A stretch of 64,000 nucleotides of DNA from an uncultured delta proteobacterium (GTDB lineage: Bacteria; Myxococcota; Myxococcia; Myxococcales; Myxococcaceae). Numbering within the stretch: the first letter of the stretch is position 1; each line of letters starts with the position of its first letter. The notes beneath the pieces were generated by a model that worked only from the letters and a program-made list of their open reading frames with translations, was not told the origin of the DNA and ran no database searches. The stretch is from assembly GCA_963796055.1 (NCBI GenBank), contig CAWCKH010000004.1, forward strand, positions 128,001 through 192,000. The letters run 5' to 3'. The translations under genes and the position numbers were made by a program. Shown here one piece after another: positions 43,407 through 53,168 of this stretch.

Positions 43407-44225
43407 TCAGCGGAACGGCTTCGAGGTCCAGCGAATCTCTTCGAGGAACCGCCGGCACTCGTCCTGGAGCGCGGTGGCGACGCCCGGGGCGGCGGAGAGC
43501 ACCTCCACCACCGAGGTGTCGTAGGGCGCACCGTCGATGCGCGTGACGACCGCTCCCGCTTCGGAGACGATCAACGCGCCTGCGGCCACGTCCCACGGCT
43601 TGAGCGAGAACTCGAAGTACCCGTCGTAGCGGCCGGAGGCGACGTAGGCCAGGTCCAGTGCGGCGCTCCCCAGCCGGCGGATGCCCTGCGCCAGGCCCAG
43701 GAAGCGCACCACCAGCCCCGCCGGGCCCTCGGGGTGCTCGCGGACGTCGTAGGGGAAGCCGGTGCAGAGGAGCGCGCGGTCGAGCCGATCGATGGCGCTC
43801 GGGCGGATGGGCTGCCCGTTGAGCATCGCGCCGCGGCCGCGGACCGCGCTGAACAGCTCGTCGCGCATCGGGTCGTAGACCACGCCAGCCTGGACCCCAC
43901 CCTCCCCTTCCACCGCGATGCTCACCGAGAAGTGTGGCAGCTGGTGGGCGTAGTTGGTGGTGCCGTCCAGCGGGTCGATGATCCATCGGTAGGTCGAGCC
44001 GGCGCTCGCCCCGCTCTCCTCCGAGAGGATGGCGTGCTCGGGGTGGCGCTGACGGAGCCAGTCGAGGAGCACCTTCTCGCTGGCCTGGTCGGCGTCGGTG
44101 ACCAGATCGATGCCGCTCTTGAAGGAGATCGTCCGGGGCTCGTGGAAGCGCTCGGCCAGGACGCGGCCGGCGCGGCGGGCGCCCTCGACCGCCGTCTCGA
44201 GCAGGGTGTCGAGCGAGACGCTCAC
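43407..44225 (-). CDS. suhB: Inositol monophosphatase family protein
   Basis: WIIDPLDGTTNY, RRLGSAALD, PWDVAAG. Confidence 0.93.
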   Translation of the reverse strand: MSVSLDTLLETAVEGARRAGRVLAERFHEPRTISFKSGIDLVTDADQASEKVLLDWLRQRHPEHAILSEESGASAGSTYRWIIDPLDGTTNYAHQLPHFSVSIAVEGEGGVQAGVVYDPMRDELFSAVRGRGAMLNGQPIRPSAIDRLDRALLCTGFPYDVREHPEGPAGLVVRFLGLAQGIRRLGSAALDLAYVASGRYDGYFEFSLKPWDVAAGALIVSEAGAVVTRIDGAPYDTSVVEVLSAAPGVATALQDECRRFLEEIRWTSKPFR

Positions 44226-44767
44226 TGGCTCTCTCGCAGCAGCGCGTCCACCTGGGAACGGATGTCGTTCAGGTTTCCGTCGAAGCTCTCCTGCGTGTAG
44301 CGGACGCGCCCGGTGCGGTCCACCACCCAGGTGGTTGGCATCTGCTTGAGCTTCAGCTTGTCCTCGAGCACGAAGCCCCCCGGGTCCAGGAGCACGGGAA
44401 GGTCGATCCGGGCGGTGGCGAGGAAGGTGGGAATCTGCGCCCGGTCCTCGTCGACGCTGACCGCGTAGACCTGCACGCCCCGCGAGGCGTAGTCCTTCCG
44501 GAGCGCCTGGAGCTGCGGGAGCGAGCGCACGCACGGGGCGCACCAGGTGGCCCAGGCGTCGATGACCACCACCTGGCCGCGATCGGCGGAGAAGGCGTGC
44601 TTGCCCGGCTTGGGGTACGTCTCGAGCGAGATGTCGGCCACCGGGGTGACCGACGGGCCCGATCGGCCGCCGACGGTGACCAGCGCCTGCGGGCTGCTTG
44701 CAGTCGGCGGTGGCGCGCTGCCGGCGCAAGCAAGCACCAGCGCGAGGAGAGCGGAAGTCCGGCTCAC
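44222..44767 (-). CDS. TlpA-family thiol-disulfide oxidoreductase lipoprotein
   Basis: WATWCAPC, MPTTWVVDR. Confidence 0.9.
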   Translation of the reverse strand: MSRTSALLALVLACAGSAPPPTASSPQALVTVGGRSGPSVTPVADISLETYPKPGKHAFSADRGQVVVIDAWATWCAPCVRSLPQLQALRKDYASRGVQVYAVSVDEDRAQIPTFLATARIDLPVLLDPGGFVLEDKLKLKQMPTTWVVDRTGRVRYTQESFDGNLNDIRSQVDALLRESQ

Positions 44768-46221
44768 GACCGCCTCTCCCCGAGGAGCGCGAGCAGGGCC
44801 GCGTGGAACCCGCCGAAGCTCCCGTTGCTCATCCCGAGGATGACGTCGCCCGGTCGCGCCTCGGCGGCCACCCGGGCCACCAGCGTGGGAACATCCGAGG
44901 CCGCATCCGCCTCGAGCCCCCGGTCGTGCAGGTCCGAGACCAGCCGCGGAATGTCCAGCTCCTCGCCCTCGGGCACCTGGTCGTGCCGCTCGGGCGTCTT
45001 GAGGCTGACCCGGGCGGCGCCGTCGAAGGACTCGGCGTACGCGATCTGGTGAAGCTTTCGGCGGCTGGTGTTGCTGCGCGGCTCGAAGACCGCCCACAGC
45101 CGGCGCTCGGGCCAGCGGCCGCGCAGCGCGTGGATGGTCTCTCGGACCGCGGTCGGGTGGTGCGCGAAGTCGTCGACCACCAGGATGCCGTTCACCTCGC
45201 CCCGGACCTCCTGGCGCCGCTTGACGCCGAGGAACGAGGCACAGCCCGCGGCGAAGGCCTCGAAGGTCACCCCGAGCGGGCCGATGGCTGCCCAGGCTCC
45301 GAGCGCGTTCTCCACGTTGTGGAGCCCGGGCACTGCCAGATGCACCTGTCCCAGCCGCCGTCCCTGGTCCACCAGGGTCAACCGCACGCCGTCCGGATGG
45401 TGCGTCACGTCCCGCGAGTGGACGTCCGCCGGGACCTCCGGAGACACCGAATAGGTCACCACCCGGGCGCGCCCTCCGCGGGCGAGCGTCACCGCGGCGG
45501 GCCAGGCGGCGCTCACCGCGACGAGCCCCTCGGCCGGCACCAGGGCGACGAAGCGCTCGAAGGCCGAGGCGTAGTGCGCCTCGTCCCGATAGATGTCGGC
45601 GTGGTCCAGCTCCATGCTGGTGAAGATGGCGGTGCGCGGCTGGTAGTGCAGGAACTTGGGGCCCTTGTCGAAATAGGCGGTGTCGTACTCGTCACCTTCC
45701 ACCACGACGTGAGGACCCTTCCCGACCCGGAAGTTGCTTCCCGCGTTGCCCGTCACCCCACCGACCAGGAACGACGGGTCGAGCCCCGCGGTGACCAGGA
45801 GATGGGCGGTCAGGGCCGAGGTGGTGGTCTTTCCGTGCGTGCCGACCACGACCACCGGGTGGCGCCCACGAAGGAAGAGCGCGCCGAACGCCGCGGGGAA
45901 GCTCATCGAGGGCAGGCGCCGCTCACGGACCGCAGTGGCTTCCGGGTTGACCCGGCGGATGACGTTCCCCACCACCACCAGGTCCGGCTTCGCCCGGTCG
46001 AGGTTCTCCGGTCGGTAGGGCGTCATCACCTCGATGCCCCAGGCGGCGAGCATGTCGCTCATCGGCGGGTACACGTTCTGGTCGCTGCCGGTGACGGTGT
46101 GGCCCACGGCCTTGAGCATGCCGGCGAAGCTGCCCATCCCCGTGCCGGCGACCCCGAGGAGGTGGACGCGGCGGGCCTGCTCGGGCCGGACGTCAGTGAG
46201 GATGTTGCCGTCATCGGACAC
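44764..46221 (-). CDS. mpl: Murein peptide ligase Mpl (MurC family)
   Basis: GVAGTGMG, SDQNVYPPMS, GTHGKTTT, EGDEYDTAYFDK, DDFAHHPT, FEPRSNT, MSNGSFGG. Confidence 0.92.
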   Translation of the reverse strand: MSDDGNILTDVRPEQARRVHLLGVAGTGMGSFAGMLKAVGHTVTGSDQNVYPPMSDMLAAWGIEVMTPYRPENLDRAKPDLVVVGNVIRRVNPEATAVRERRLPSMSFPAAFGALFLRGRHPVVVVGTHGKTTTSALTAHLLVTAGLDPSFLVGGVTGNAGSNFRVGKGPHVVVEGDEYDTAYFDKGPKFLHYQPRTAIFTSMELDHADIYRDEAHYASAFERFVALVPAEGLVAVSAAWPAAVTLARGGRARVVTYSVSPEVPADVHSRDVTHHPDGVRLTLVDQGRRLGQVHLAVPGLHNVENALGAWAAIGPLGVTFEAFAAGCASFLGVKRRQEVRGEVNGILVVDDFAHHPTAVRETIHALRGRWPERRLWAVFEPRSNTSRRKLHQIAYAESFDGAARVSLKTPERHDQVPEGEELDIPRLVSDLHDRGLEADAASDVPTLVARVAAEARPGDVILGMSNGSFGGFHAALLALLGERRS

Positions 46222-46226
46222 GTCGT

Positions 46227-46628
46227 TCAGCCCCTCGCCCAGTTCTCGAGCCGGAGACCGGGAACCCGCCCGAACTCGCGCTCGTTGTTCGACACCAGGG
46301 TGACCCTTCGGGCGACCGCCTGTGCAGCGATGAGCATGTCGAGAGGTCCGATTGGCTTGCCCCGCGCTTCGAGCTTCGCACGAAGCTGGGCGTAGGCTGC
46401 CGCGTCGATCGAGGTGAACTCGATCACTTCGATCGGCCGGAGGAAGTTCTCGACCCGCCGGAGGGTCTTCTCCGGCTGGAGACTCTTGGCCGCACCTGTC
46501 CAGAGCTCGGCCTCGGTGATGACGCTGAGGCCGACATCGGCCCTCGATTGAGCCAGAAGCCGGTGGAGGACGACCGCGTTCTGCTTCAGGGCATGGATAC
46601 AGATGTTGGTGTCCAGCAGGAACTTCAA
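46227..46628 (-). CDS. vapC: PIN-domain toxin VapC
   Basis: FLLDTNICI, ITEAEL, IGPLDMLIAA, NNEREF; TTGA overlap with vapB. Confidence 0.94.
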   Translation of the reverse strand: MKFLLDTNICIHALKQNAVVLHRLLAQSRADVGLSVITEAELWTGAAKSLQPEKTLRRVENFLRPIEVIEFTSIDAAAYAQLRAKLEARGKPIGPLDMLIAAQAVARRVTLVSNNEREFGRVPGLRLENWARG

Positions 46629-46858
46629 TCGAGCTTCTCGCGCTTCTCGAGCTCGCCCTGTGCCGGGCGGGCCAAGTCGAATCCGATGCCAGAGAACGAT
46701 TCCACGTAGCCCTCCGGCCATTCGTCCGCCGGCTCGAGGACCACGGCTCTACCCTTCCGGTGCACGAGAACGGTGTCCCCCTTGAATCGGAACTCCTTCG
46801 GCAGCCGGATCGCCTGACTTCGCCCTGTCCAGAAGACCTTCGCTCGCTTGCTTGCCAC
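46625..46858 (-). CDS. vapB: AbrB-type antitoxin VapB
   Basis: AKVFWTGRSQAIRLPKEFRF. Confidence 0.93.
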   Translation of the reverse strand: MASKRAKVFWTGRSQAIRLPKEFRFKGDTVLVHRKGRAVVLEPADEWPEGYVESFSGIGFDLARPAQGELEKREKLD

Positions 46859-46869
46859 GGCGTCGCCTC

Positions 46870-46894
46870 GATAGATACCACTGATACATATCAG
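46870..46894 (-). promoter_or_regulatory. Probable VapBC autoregulatory operator
   Basis: AT-rich patch with the palindrome CTGATA-ca-TATCAG (46881-46894) just upstream of vapB. Confidence 0.5.
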
Positions 46895-46921
46895 CAGCAG
46901 AGCCCCTCGGGAACGCCACTT

Positions 46922-47218
46922 TCAGCGAGGCTGGGCCGCGGCCGGCGTGACCGACGACTCGGGCACGCAGGACACCACCGCGTGCTCGGCTGCCTTGCAG
47001 ATGTACGTCTCGGTCTTCTGGCAGCCGCTGGCCCGGTACCTCGAGTCGCCGAGCTCCTCCACCTTCACCTGGTCGGCCGGGCAGCTGTTGCTGCTGGCCA
47101 TCGCGTCGCGGGCCGCGGTGCTCATCGCCGCGGTGGCACAGCCGGCGAGGCCGAGCGCAGCGGCGACCAGCGCCGACACCAGAACGGGAGACAAGGCACG
47201 CTTGACGGGTCCGGGCAT
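46922..47218 (-). CDS. Small Cys-containing lipoprotein (paralog 1)
   Basis: Lipobox LAGC; CPADQVKVEELGDSRYRASGCQKTETYIC. Confidence 0.75.
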   Translation of the reverse strand: MPGPVKRALSPVLVSALVAAALGLAGCATAAMSTAARDAMASSNSCPADQVKVEELGDSRYRASGCQKTETYICKAAEHAVVSCVPESSVTPAAAQPR

Positions 47219-47252
47219 TCGACGGCTCCTGGCGGGGGTGGGGGTCCCCGGT

Positions 47253-48407
47253 TTAGCCCAGGCCGAGCGCCTGCAGCACCGCGTCGTGAAACGCGGGGCG
47301 GAACTGCTGGATGCGGAGGTTGTCCCGCCCGAGCGCGGTGCGGTTGGTGAGCAGCGCAATGCTGAGCCGCCGAGCCCGGTCCACCCAGAGGCTGGTTCCG
47401 GTGTAGCCCAGGTGCCCGAACCCGCCGGGAGGCATCCGCCCGAGGAGACGCCCCGCCGCGCTGGCTTCGCCGGAAGGGGTGTCGAAGCCGAGGCCGCGGC
47501 CACTGCCCGGCACCGGAGTCACGGCCCGCTCCCAGAGCAAGGCCGGCGCCAGGCGCCCTGCCCCGTCGAGCTCCTCGAGCACCCGCTGGCCGAAGCGGGC
47601 GACCTCGGTGGCCGTGCCGAAGAGGCCCGCGTGACCGGAGACGCCGTCCATCGCCCAGGCGTTGTCGTCGTCCACCTCGCCCGGCCGCGACGGCACGCTG
47701 GCGAGGGAGCCCCAGCGGTTCTCCTGGCCGGGCGCCGGCGGACGCGGGCGGAGCGAGCCGGTGATGGGGAGCGCGTCCCACGCCCCGCCGCACGGGTCCC
47801 GCGAGTCGTGTCCCCGGGTGGAGAGCCGGTGAAAGTGCGTGGCGACCCCCAGCTTCTCCGAGAGCCGCGCGTGCACGGCGTCGAGCGGCGCGCCGGCGGC
47901 CTCGGCCAGCATCTCCCCGGCGAGAAGGAACCCGACGTCGCTGTAGAGCGTCCGGGTACCGGGGATGGTCTCCAGCGGCTCGCGCGCAGCGGCGTCGCGG
48001 ACCTCGCTGCGCACGGTGAGGCGGGCGCCGGCGGGGCACTCCGCGCCCCGGCGGAGCTCGGGCACGGTGTGGAGGACCACCGCGAAGAAGGGGACCCAGG
48101 CCGGAAGACCCGAGCGGTGCGCCAGGAGATCTCCCAGCGTCGCTCCGTGCCTGGCCAGCGGGCTGCCGTCGATCCACCGCGAGACCGGCGTGAACGGGCC
48201 CACCTTCCCCTCGGCCCAGAGCGCGACGAAGGCGGTCGCGGTGCAGAGGATCTTCGTCAGCGAGGCGAGATCGAACGGCGTGTCCTCACCAGCCGCCACC
48301 GAGGCCCGTCCCACCTCGCGCCCGTCGTGGAACACCGAGGCCTGCGCCGCAGGGAAGACGCCGTCACGGACGCCCCCCTCGAGCAGCGCTTGCAGGCCCG
48401 ACGTCAC
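47253..48407 (-). CDS. Serine hydrolase, beta-lactamase class C/AmpH-like
   Basis: FDLASLTK (SxxK), LLAHRSG, YSD, GHLGYTG. Confidence 0.9.
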   Translation of the reverse strand: MTSGLQALLEGGVRDGVFPAAQASVFHDGREVGRASVAAGEDTPFDLASLTKILCTATAFVALWAEGKVGPFTPVSRWIDGSPLARHGATLGDLLAHRSGLPAWVPFFAVVLHTVPELRRGAECPAGARLTVRSEVRDAAAREPLETIPGTRTLYSDVGFLLAGEMLAEAAGAPLDAVHARLSEKLGVATHFHRLSTRGHDSRDPCGGAWDALPITGSLRPRPPAPGQENRWGSLASVPSRPGEVDDDNAWAMDGVSGHAGLFGTATEVARFGQRVLEELDGAGRLAPALLWERAVTPVPGSGRGLGFDTPSGEASAAGRLLGRMPPGGFGHLGYTGTSLWVDRARRLSIALLTNRTALGRDNLRIQQFRPAFHDAVLQALGLG

Positions 48408-48682
48408 CAGCCGGTCCCGGGCAAGCTGGGTGGAGGAGGCGCTCCGCGCCGGCTGCAGACCCGGGTCCCGCCCTCGGGCCAGGTGCAGTCGTACACGGCG
48501 CTCCTTCCGCAGCCGTCCGCCTGGTAGCCCCCGCCGGTCAGGCTCTTCACCTCGACCTTGTCCTCGGGGCACTTCGCGTCCGCGGACATGCTCCGGCGCA
48601 CCGTCGGCTCGAAGCCCCGGCACGCGGAGGTCAGGACGGCCAGCGCGGCGAGGAGGAGGAAGGGAGGGCGGACGTCCCTCAC
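48404..48682 (-). CDS. Small Cys-containing lipoprotein (paralog 2)
   Basis: Lipobox TSAC; CPEDKVEVKSLTGGGYQADGCGRSAVYDC; GTGA overlaps on both sides. Confidence 0.75.
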   Translation of the reverse strand: MRDVRPPFLLLAALAVLTSACRGFEPTVRRSMSADAKCPEDKVEVKSLTGGGYQADGCGRSAVYDCTWPEGGTRVCSRRGAPPPPSLPGTGW

Positions 48683-49572
48683 GCGGTGGCGGCCTCGAGC
48701 GGCTGCAGCGTCCCCTTGTGGGCGTCCAGACGGTGCCGGGCGCCGAGCGCAACCGGCGCATTCACGTCTCCATGACCGATGGGGAGCCCGGCGATGCACG
48801 GGACCCCCGCCTCGTTCGCCAGATCTGCCAGGACCTCGCGGACGGTGTGCGGGTCGTAGCGCCGGTCCGTCGGTTCGCACTCCACGAACTGTCCGAGCGC
48901 GATCCCCGCGATGCGCGAGAGAACGCCCGCGTTGCGCAGGTGCGTCCAGGCACGGTCGATGCGGTACGGGGGCTCGCCCACCTCCTCCAGGAGAAGGATG
49001 GCCCCGTTCATCTCCGGGAGCCACCGCGTGCCGAGGAGCGTGGCGAAGACGATCAGGTCCCCGCCGATGAGCGGGCCCTCCACCACCCCGGGGACGAGCG
49101 GCGTGCCCTGCAGCGGCTCGGGGACGCGGCCCTCGAGCAGCGCGAAGAGGCGGTCCGAGACCCACGGCGGCTGGTCCGCCAGCTGGGTGACGACCGGACC
49201 GTGGATGGAGATCCGCCCCGTGGCCTGGAGCGCGCAGTGGAGAGAGAGGTTGTCCGAGAAGCCCACCAGCGGCTTCAGCGGGAGCCGGCCGAAGTCGATG
49301 CGGGGGAGCAGCCGGGCGGCGCCGGACCCGCCGCGGGCGCAGACCACGGCCCGGTTGCCGGGATCGGAGAAGGCGTCGATCAGTGCTGCGGTGCGGACAT
49401 CGTCCGAACCGGCGAGGTAGCGCTGCCGCTCGAAGAGGCTCGCAGACGGCGCGAGCTCGTAACGCTCGGCCAGGCGGGCCATGCCGCGCTCGAAGCGCTC
49501 GCGATCGATCGGAGAGGATGGGGCGACGACTGCAACGCGGTCTCCCGGCCGCAGGGGCGGTGGGCGCAACAT
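48679..49572 (-). CDS. ldcA: LD-carboxypeptidase (S66)
   Basis: LRPGDRVAVVAPSS, ARGGSG, GFSD, LEEVGE, PIGHG. Confidence 0.93.
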   Translation of the reverse strand: MLRPPPLRPGDRVAVVAPSSPIDRERFERGMARLAERYELAPSASLFERQRYLAGSDDVRTAALIDAFSDPGNRAVVCARGGSGAARLLPRIDFGRLPLKPLVGFSDNLSLHCALQATGRISIHGPVVTQLADQPPWVSDRLFALLEGRVPEPLQGTPLVPGVVEGPLIGGDLIVFATLLGTRWLPEMNGAILLLEEVGEPPYRIDRAWTHLRNAGVLSRIAGIALGQFVECEPTDRRYDPHTVREVLADLANEAGVPCIAGLPIGHGDVNAPVALGARHRLDAHKGTLQPLEAATA

Positions 49573-49824
49573 TGCCGGGAGGGTAGCACGCCCATGCGAC
49601 GCGGGATTCTGCGAGGCTGGCAGCTCGGCATGCACCCGGACGTGTCTTGCCGAACAATGTGGTGTCGTCTCTGCACACGATCGCGATGCTTCTGCGGCTC
49701 GGCTGCGACAGGGGATCGAGGTGCTCTCGACCCATGCCCTGGACAGCTGTACGAGGGCGATTGGCCACGTGGTGCGCTCCGGGCCTGTTACGCAGTGCGC
49801 GACGAGGCCAGTGGGAGTGAATGC

Positions 49825-50556
49825 ATGCGCATCCAGCCGGTGTCCGATCTCCACCTCGAGTTCGAGCAGGACCAGGGCCAGCGATTCGCTCTCTCGCTCC
49901 CGGTCCTCGGGGACGTCCTGGTCCTGGGCGGCGACATCCTCCCGCTGCTCCGCGCGACGCAGATCCGCGAGACGCTCGGTTGGTTCTGCCACCGCTTTCC
50001 CCGGGTCATCTACGTGGCTGGAAACCACGAGTACTACGAGACCAGTCCGGCGCCGGCCTCGGACCTCCTCGCCTCCTGCGCCAGGGAGTTCCCCAATCTC
50101 CACGTGCTGGACGCGGCGACGGTGGAGATCGACGGGACCCGCTTCGTCGGGGCCACCCTGTGGTACCCCCTCACCCCGGACGAGGCGAACTACCGGCCGT
50201 TCCTCGCCGACTTCGCGCTGATCCAGCAGTTCGTCCCCTGGGTCCACGAGACGCACGCCAGGCACCTGGCCTTCCTGGAGCAAACGGTGCGGCCCGGAGA
50301 CGTGGTGGTGACCCACTTCGTCCCCCACCCGAGGAGCATCGCGCCCCAGTTCGAGGGCTCGCCGCTCAACCGCTTCTTCGTCGCCGAGGACGCGGCCCCC
50401 CTGGTCGAGCACCGCGGCGCCCGGCTCTGGCTCCACGGCCACACCCACACCAGCTTCGACTACCGGGTAGGCGACACGCGGGTGGTCTGCAATCCGCGCG
50501 GCTACCCCGCCGAGCCGGGCACCTCGATGAACCCCGAGCTGATCATCGAGGTCTGA
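49825..50556 (+). CDS. Calcineurin-like metallophosphoesterase
   Basis: SDLHLE, GD, GNHE, VTH, HGHTH, CNPRGY. Confidence 0.92.
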   Translation: MRIQPVSDLHLEFEQDQGQRFALSLPVLGDVLVLGGDILPLLRATQIRETLGWFCHRFPRVIYVAGNHEYYETSPAPASDLLASCAREFPNLHVLDAATVEIDGTRFVGATLWYPLTPDEANYRPFLADFALIQQFVPWVHETHARHLAFLEQTVRPGDVVVTHFVPHPRSIAPQFEGSPLNRFFVAEDAAPLVEHRGARLWLHGHTHTSFDYRVGDTRVVCNPRGYPAEPGTSMNPELIIEV

Positions 50557-50740
50557 ACCGCAGCGCGCCCCAGACCTCGTCCACGGCATGGGGAGCACCA
50601 GTGCCCAGCTCCGCTTCGAGCTCGGGGCCGGCTTTGGCCTGAACTCGGCGTTCGGCTCACCCCCGGTGGCGGGTCGTGTTCGGGGTCGAGGTGTTCAACC
50701 ACGACGCCCTGGACGCCGAGAGACGCTAGAGTCTGCTCCC

Positions 50741-51061
50741 ATGTCGACCCCCGCGCTCCGGAACCCCACGGTGAAGGCCGCAATCGATGCGTTCCAGACG
50801 GGAAACCGGAAGGCCTGGTCCGCGCTGTTCGAGGACGATGCCGAGCTCTACGACGACGGGAGCCCCCGTAGCCTGGAGAAGTTCACCCGGGACGCCCTCG
50901 GTCACGAGCGCTTCACCTCCATCGAGCGGGTGGGCCAGGACGGGCTCGAGGTCATCGGGAAGTTCCACTCCGACCAGTGGGGCGACTTCCGGACGTACTT
51001 CCGCTTCCACCTCGCTCCGGACGGGAAGATTCACCGCTTGGACATCGGCCAGACCGAGTAG
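50741..51061 (+). CDS. NTF2/SnoaL-like protein
   Basis: AWSALFEDDAELYDDG...DGKIHRLDIGQ. Confidence 0.8.
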   Translation: MSTPALRNPTVKAAIDAFQTGNRKAWSALFEDDAELYDDGSPRSLEKFTRDALGHERFTSIERVGQDGLEVIGKFHSDQWGDFRTYFRFHLAPDGKIHRLDIGQTE

Positions 51062-51204
51062 CGCACTCACCCGGCTCTTGCGGTCGGTCCAGCAGCGCTT
51101 CGAGCCCGTTGCGGTTGCTGGGGCCGCTCCTGCGCTGGAAGGCCCGGCGCGCCGAGGCGAGTGGGCGGAGCTGCTCCGGCGGTATGACGGTGACGGGTCC
51201 GTCA

Positions 51205-52512
51205 CTACGCGGCGCGCGCGTCCGAGCCAAGCGCCTCACCCGAACGAGAGAGCACGGCTCCGTAGAACCCATCCGTCCCCTGCCGGTGCGGAAGGGTGAC
51301 GAGGGCCGGCCCGCGGCGGAGCTCCGCGGCGATCGGCGCATCGACCGTGCGGAACTCCGGGTGTCCCTCGAGGAACGCACGGACCACGTCCTCGTTCTCC
51401 TCGTGCCGGAGGGTGCAGGTGGCGTACACCAGCCGACCGCCGGGCCGCACGCGCGGAGCGCCGGTCTCGAGGAGGCCGCGCTGGACCGCGGGCCACCCGG
51501 CGAAGGAGGCGACGTCGAGCCGCCAGCGGAGGTCCGGCCCGCGGCGCAGGGAGCCGAGGGCCGAGCACGGGGCGTCGACGAGGACGGCGTCGTAGGCCTC
51601 CTCGGGGACGCCGTGGAGGACCCGGACGGTGGCCGAAGCCCCCGCCCGCTCGGCGCGTTGCCGGAGCCGCTCGAGGGCCTCGCGGTCGATGTCGTACGCG
51701 TCCACCCGGCCCGAGCCCTGAAGCCCGGCGGCGAGGAGCAGGGTCTTCCCCCCCGCTCCGGCGCACAGGTCGAGGAGGTGCTGCCCGGGGCGGGCCTCCA
51801 CCAGGGCACCGACGAGCTGGCTCCCCTCGTCCTGGACCTCGAAGAGGCCCTCCTGGTGGGCGCGGAGCCCGAGGACGTTGGGCCGGCCCTCGAGGTGGAG
51901 CGCATCGGGCGCGTACCGGGCGTCGTGGCTGGGCAAGCCCTCGGCCCGGAGGCGCTCGGCGAGGGCGTCGCGGTCGAGGCGGAGCCGGTTGGCCCGGATG
52001 GTGACCGGTCCGGGGAGGTTGCACGCGGCGGCGAAGAGGGCCGCCTCCGGGCCCAGGGCGCGCTCGAGCTCGGGGACCAGTGCCTCGGGCCAGGAGAACC
52101 GGGTGGGCCAGTCCTCCGGCGCCGGACGGGGCTCGGGGAGGTCGGCACCGGTCCAGTCGCGGACGGACTCCCTCGGGAGGTGGGCGATGTCCCGGAGCAA
52201 CGCCGCGAGCAGGGCGGCCGGAGACTGCGAACCGGCGTGGTGCGCGAGGCGCCTGCGCCAGAGCGCGACGCCGAAGAGGCCCTCGGAGGCGACGGCGCGG
52301 TGGGTGGCGTCCCAGCCCGGATGGGAGCGGAGCAGGACCGTGAGCTGGCGCGCGGCGTCTGCCCCGTGGAGGACGGCGCCAAGCGCGTCGAGGAGCGGGC
52401 GACGGACCTCGGGGAGCTGCGACCAGTCGAGCTGGGCCAGCCGGTCCCTGGCGGCACGCTCGAGCGCCTGCACCGTGGGGAGCCGGGTCCCCGTGGAAGG
52501 CCGGGGCGTCAC
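51205..52512 (-). CDS. RsmB/NOP family RNA m5C methyltransferase; start approximate
   Basis: QDEGSQL, DLCAGAGGKT, DAPCS, YATCT, DGFY. Confidence 0.92.
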   Translation of the reverse strand: MTPRPSTGTRLPTVQALERAARDRLAQLDWSQLPEVRRPLLDALGAVLHGADAARQLTVLLRSHPGWDATHRAVASEGLFGVALWRRRLAHHAGSQSPAALLAALLRDIAHLPRESVRDWTGADLPEPRPAPEDWPTRFSWPEALVPELERALGPEAALFAAACNLPGPVTIRANRLRLDRDALAERLRAEGLPSHDARYAPDALHLEGRPNVLGLRAHQEGLFEVQDEGSQLVGALVEARPGQHLLDLCAGAGGKTLLLAAGLQGSGRVDAYDIDREALERLRQRAERAGASATVRVLHGVPEEAYDAVLVDAPCSALGSLRRGPDLRWRLDVASFAGWPAVQRGLLETGAPRVRPGGRLVYATCTLRHEENEDVVRAFLEGHPEFRTVDAPIAAELRRGPALVTLPHRQGTDGFYGAVLSRSGEALGSDARAA

Positions 52513-52665
52513 AGCGGAAGAATGCCCGATCGGCGGGGCAAGGGATGCACGGAGAGCGAAATGTCCTGCCCGTGGGGGCTGGAACGTCCTAGGCCCGGAT
52601 ACCCAGGGGACGGCCCGGAATGGGTCCGAGCCCGCCCCCGGGGCATGACGCGAGGCAACGAGCAC

Positions 52666-53022
52666 ATGAGCGACTTCGTCCTTCTGTTCCGGGCAACCGA
52701 GGAGAGCCGGCGGGCGGCGATGGGGACACCCGAGCGTGCCCAGCAGAGCCTGCAGGCGTGGAAGGCGTGGATTCAGAGTCTGGAGACCAAGGGCCACCTC
52801 AAGGCCCGGGGCCAACCGCTCGACGCCAGCGGGGCCGTGGTCCGCGGGAAGAAGCGCGCCGTCACCGACGGGCCCTACGCGGAGAGCAAGGACATCGTCC
52901 TGGGCTTCAACGTCATCTCGGCGCGGGACCTGGCCGAGGCGGTCGAGCTCGCGCGCGGCTGCCCGATGCTCGAGGGTGAGGGGGCGGTGGAGGTGCGGCC
53001 GATCGTCGATCTGGGGGTCTAG
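52666..53022 (+). CDS. YciI family protein
   Basis: VTDGPYAESKD, ARGCP, VEVRPI. Confidence 0.9.
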   Translation: MSDFVLLFRATEESRRAAMGTPERAQQSLQAWKAWIQSLETKGHLKARGQPLDASGAVVRGKKRAVTDGPYAESKDIVLGFNVISARDLAEAVELARGCPMLEGEGAVEVRPIVDLGV

Positions 53023-53168
53023 GCGCCTCGCGCTATGGAGCCAGAGCGGCGCGGTGGCAGAGGGCCAGTCGCTCCTGGAGGGGTGCCTGCCAGAGTACCG
53101 GCGCTGGGGGCTCGCCGACACGCGGCTCGTCGCCTCGCTGGAGGCGATCCGCGCTCGGGAGCGGGGGT

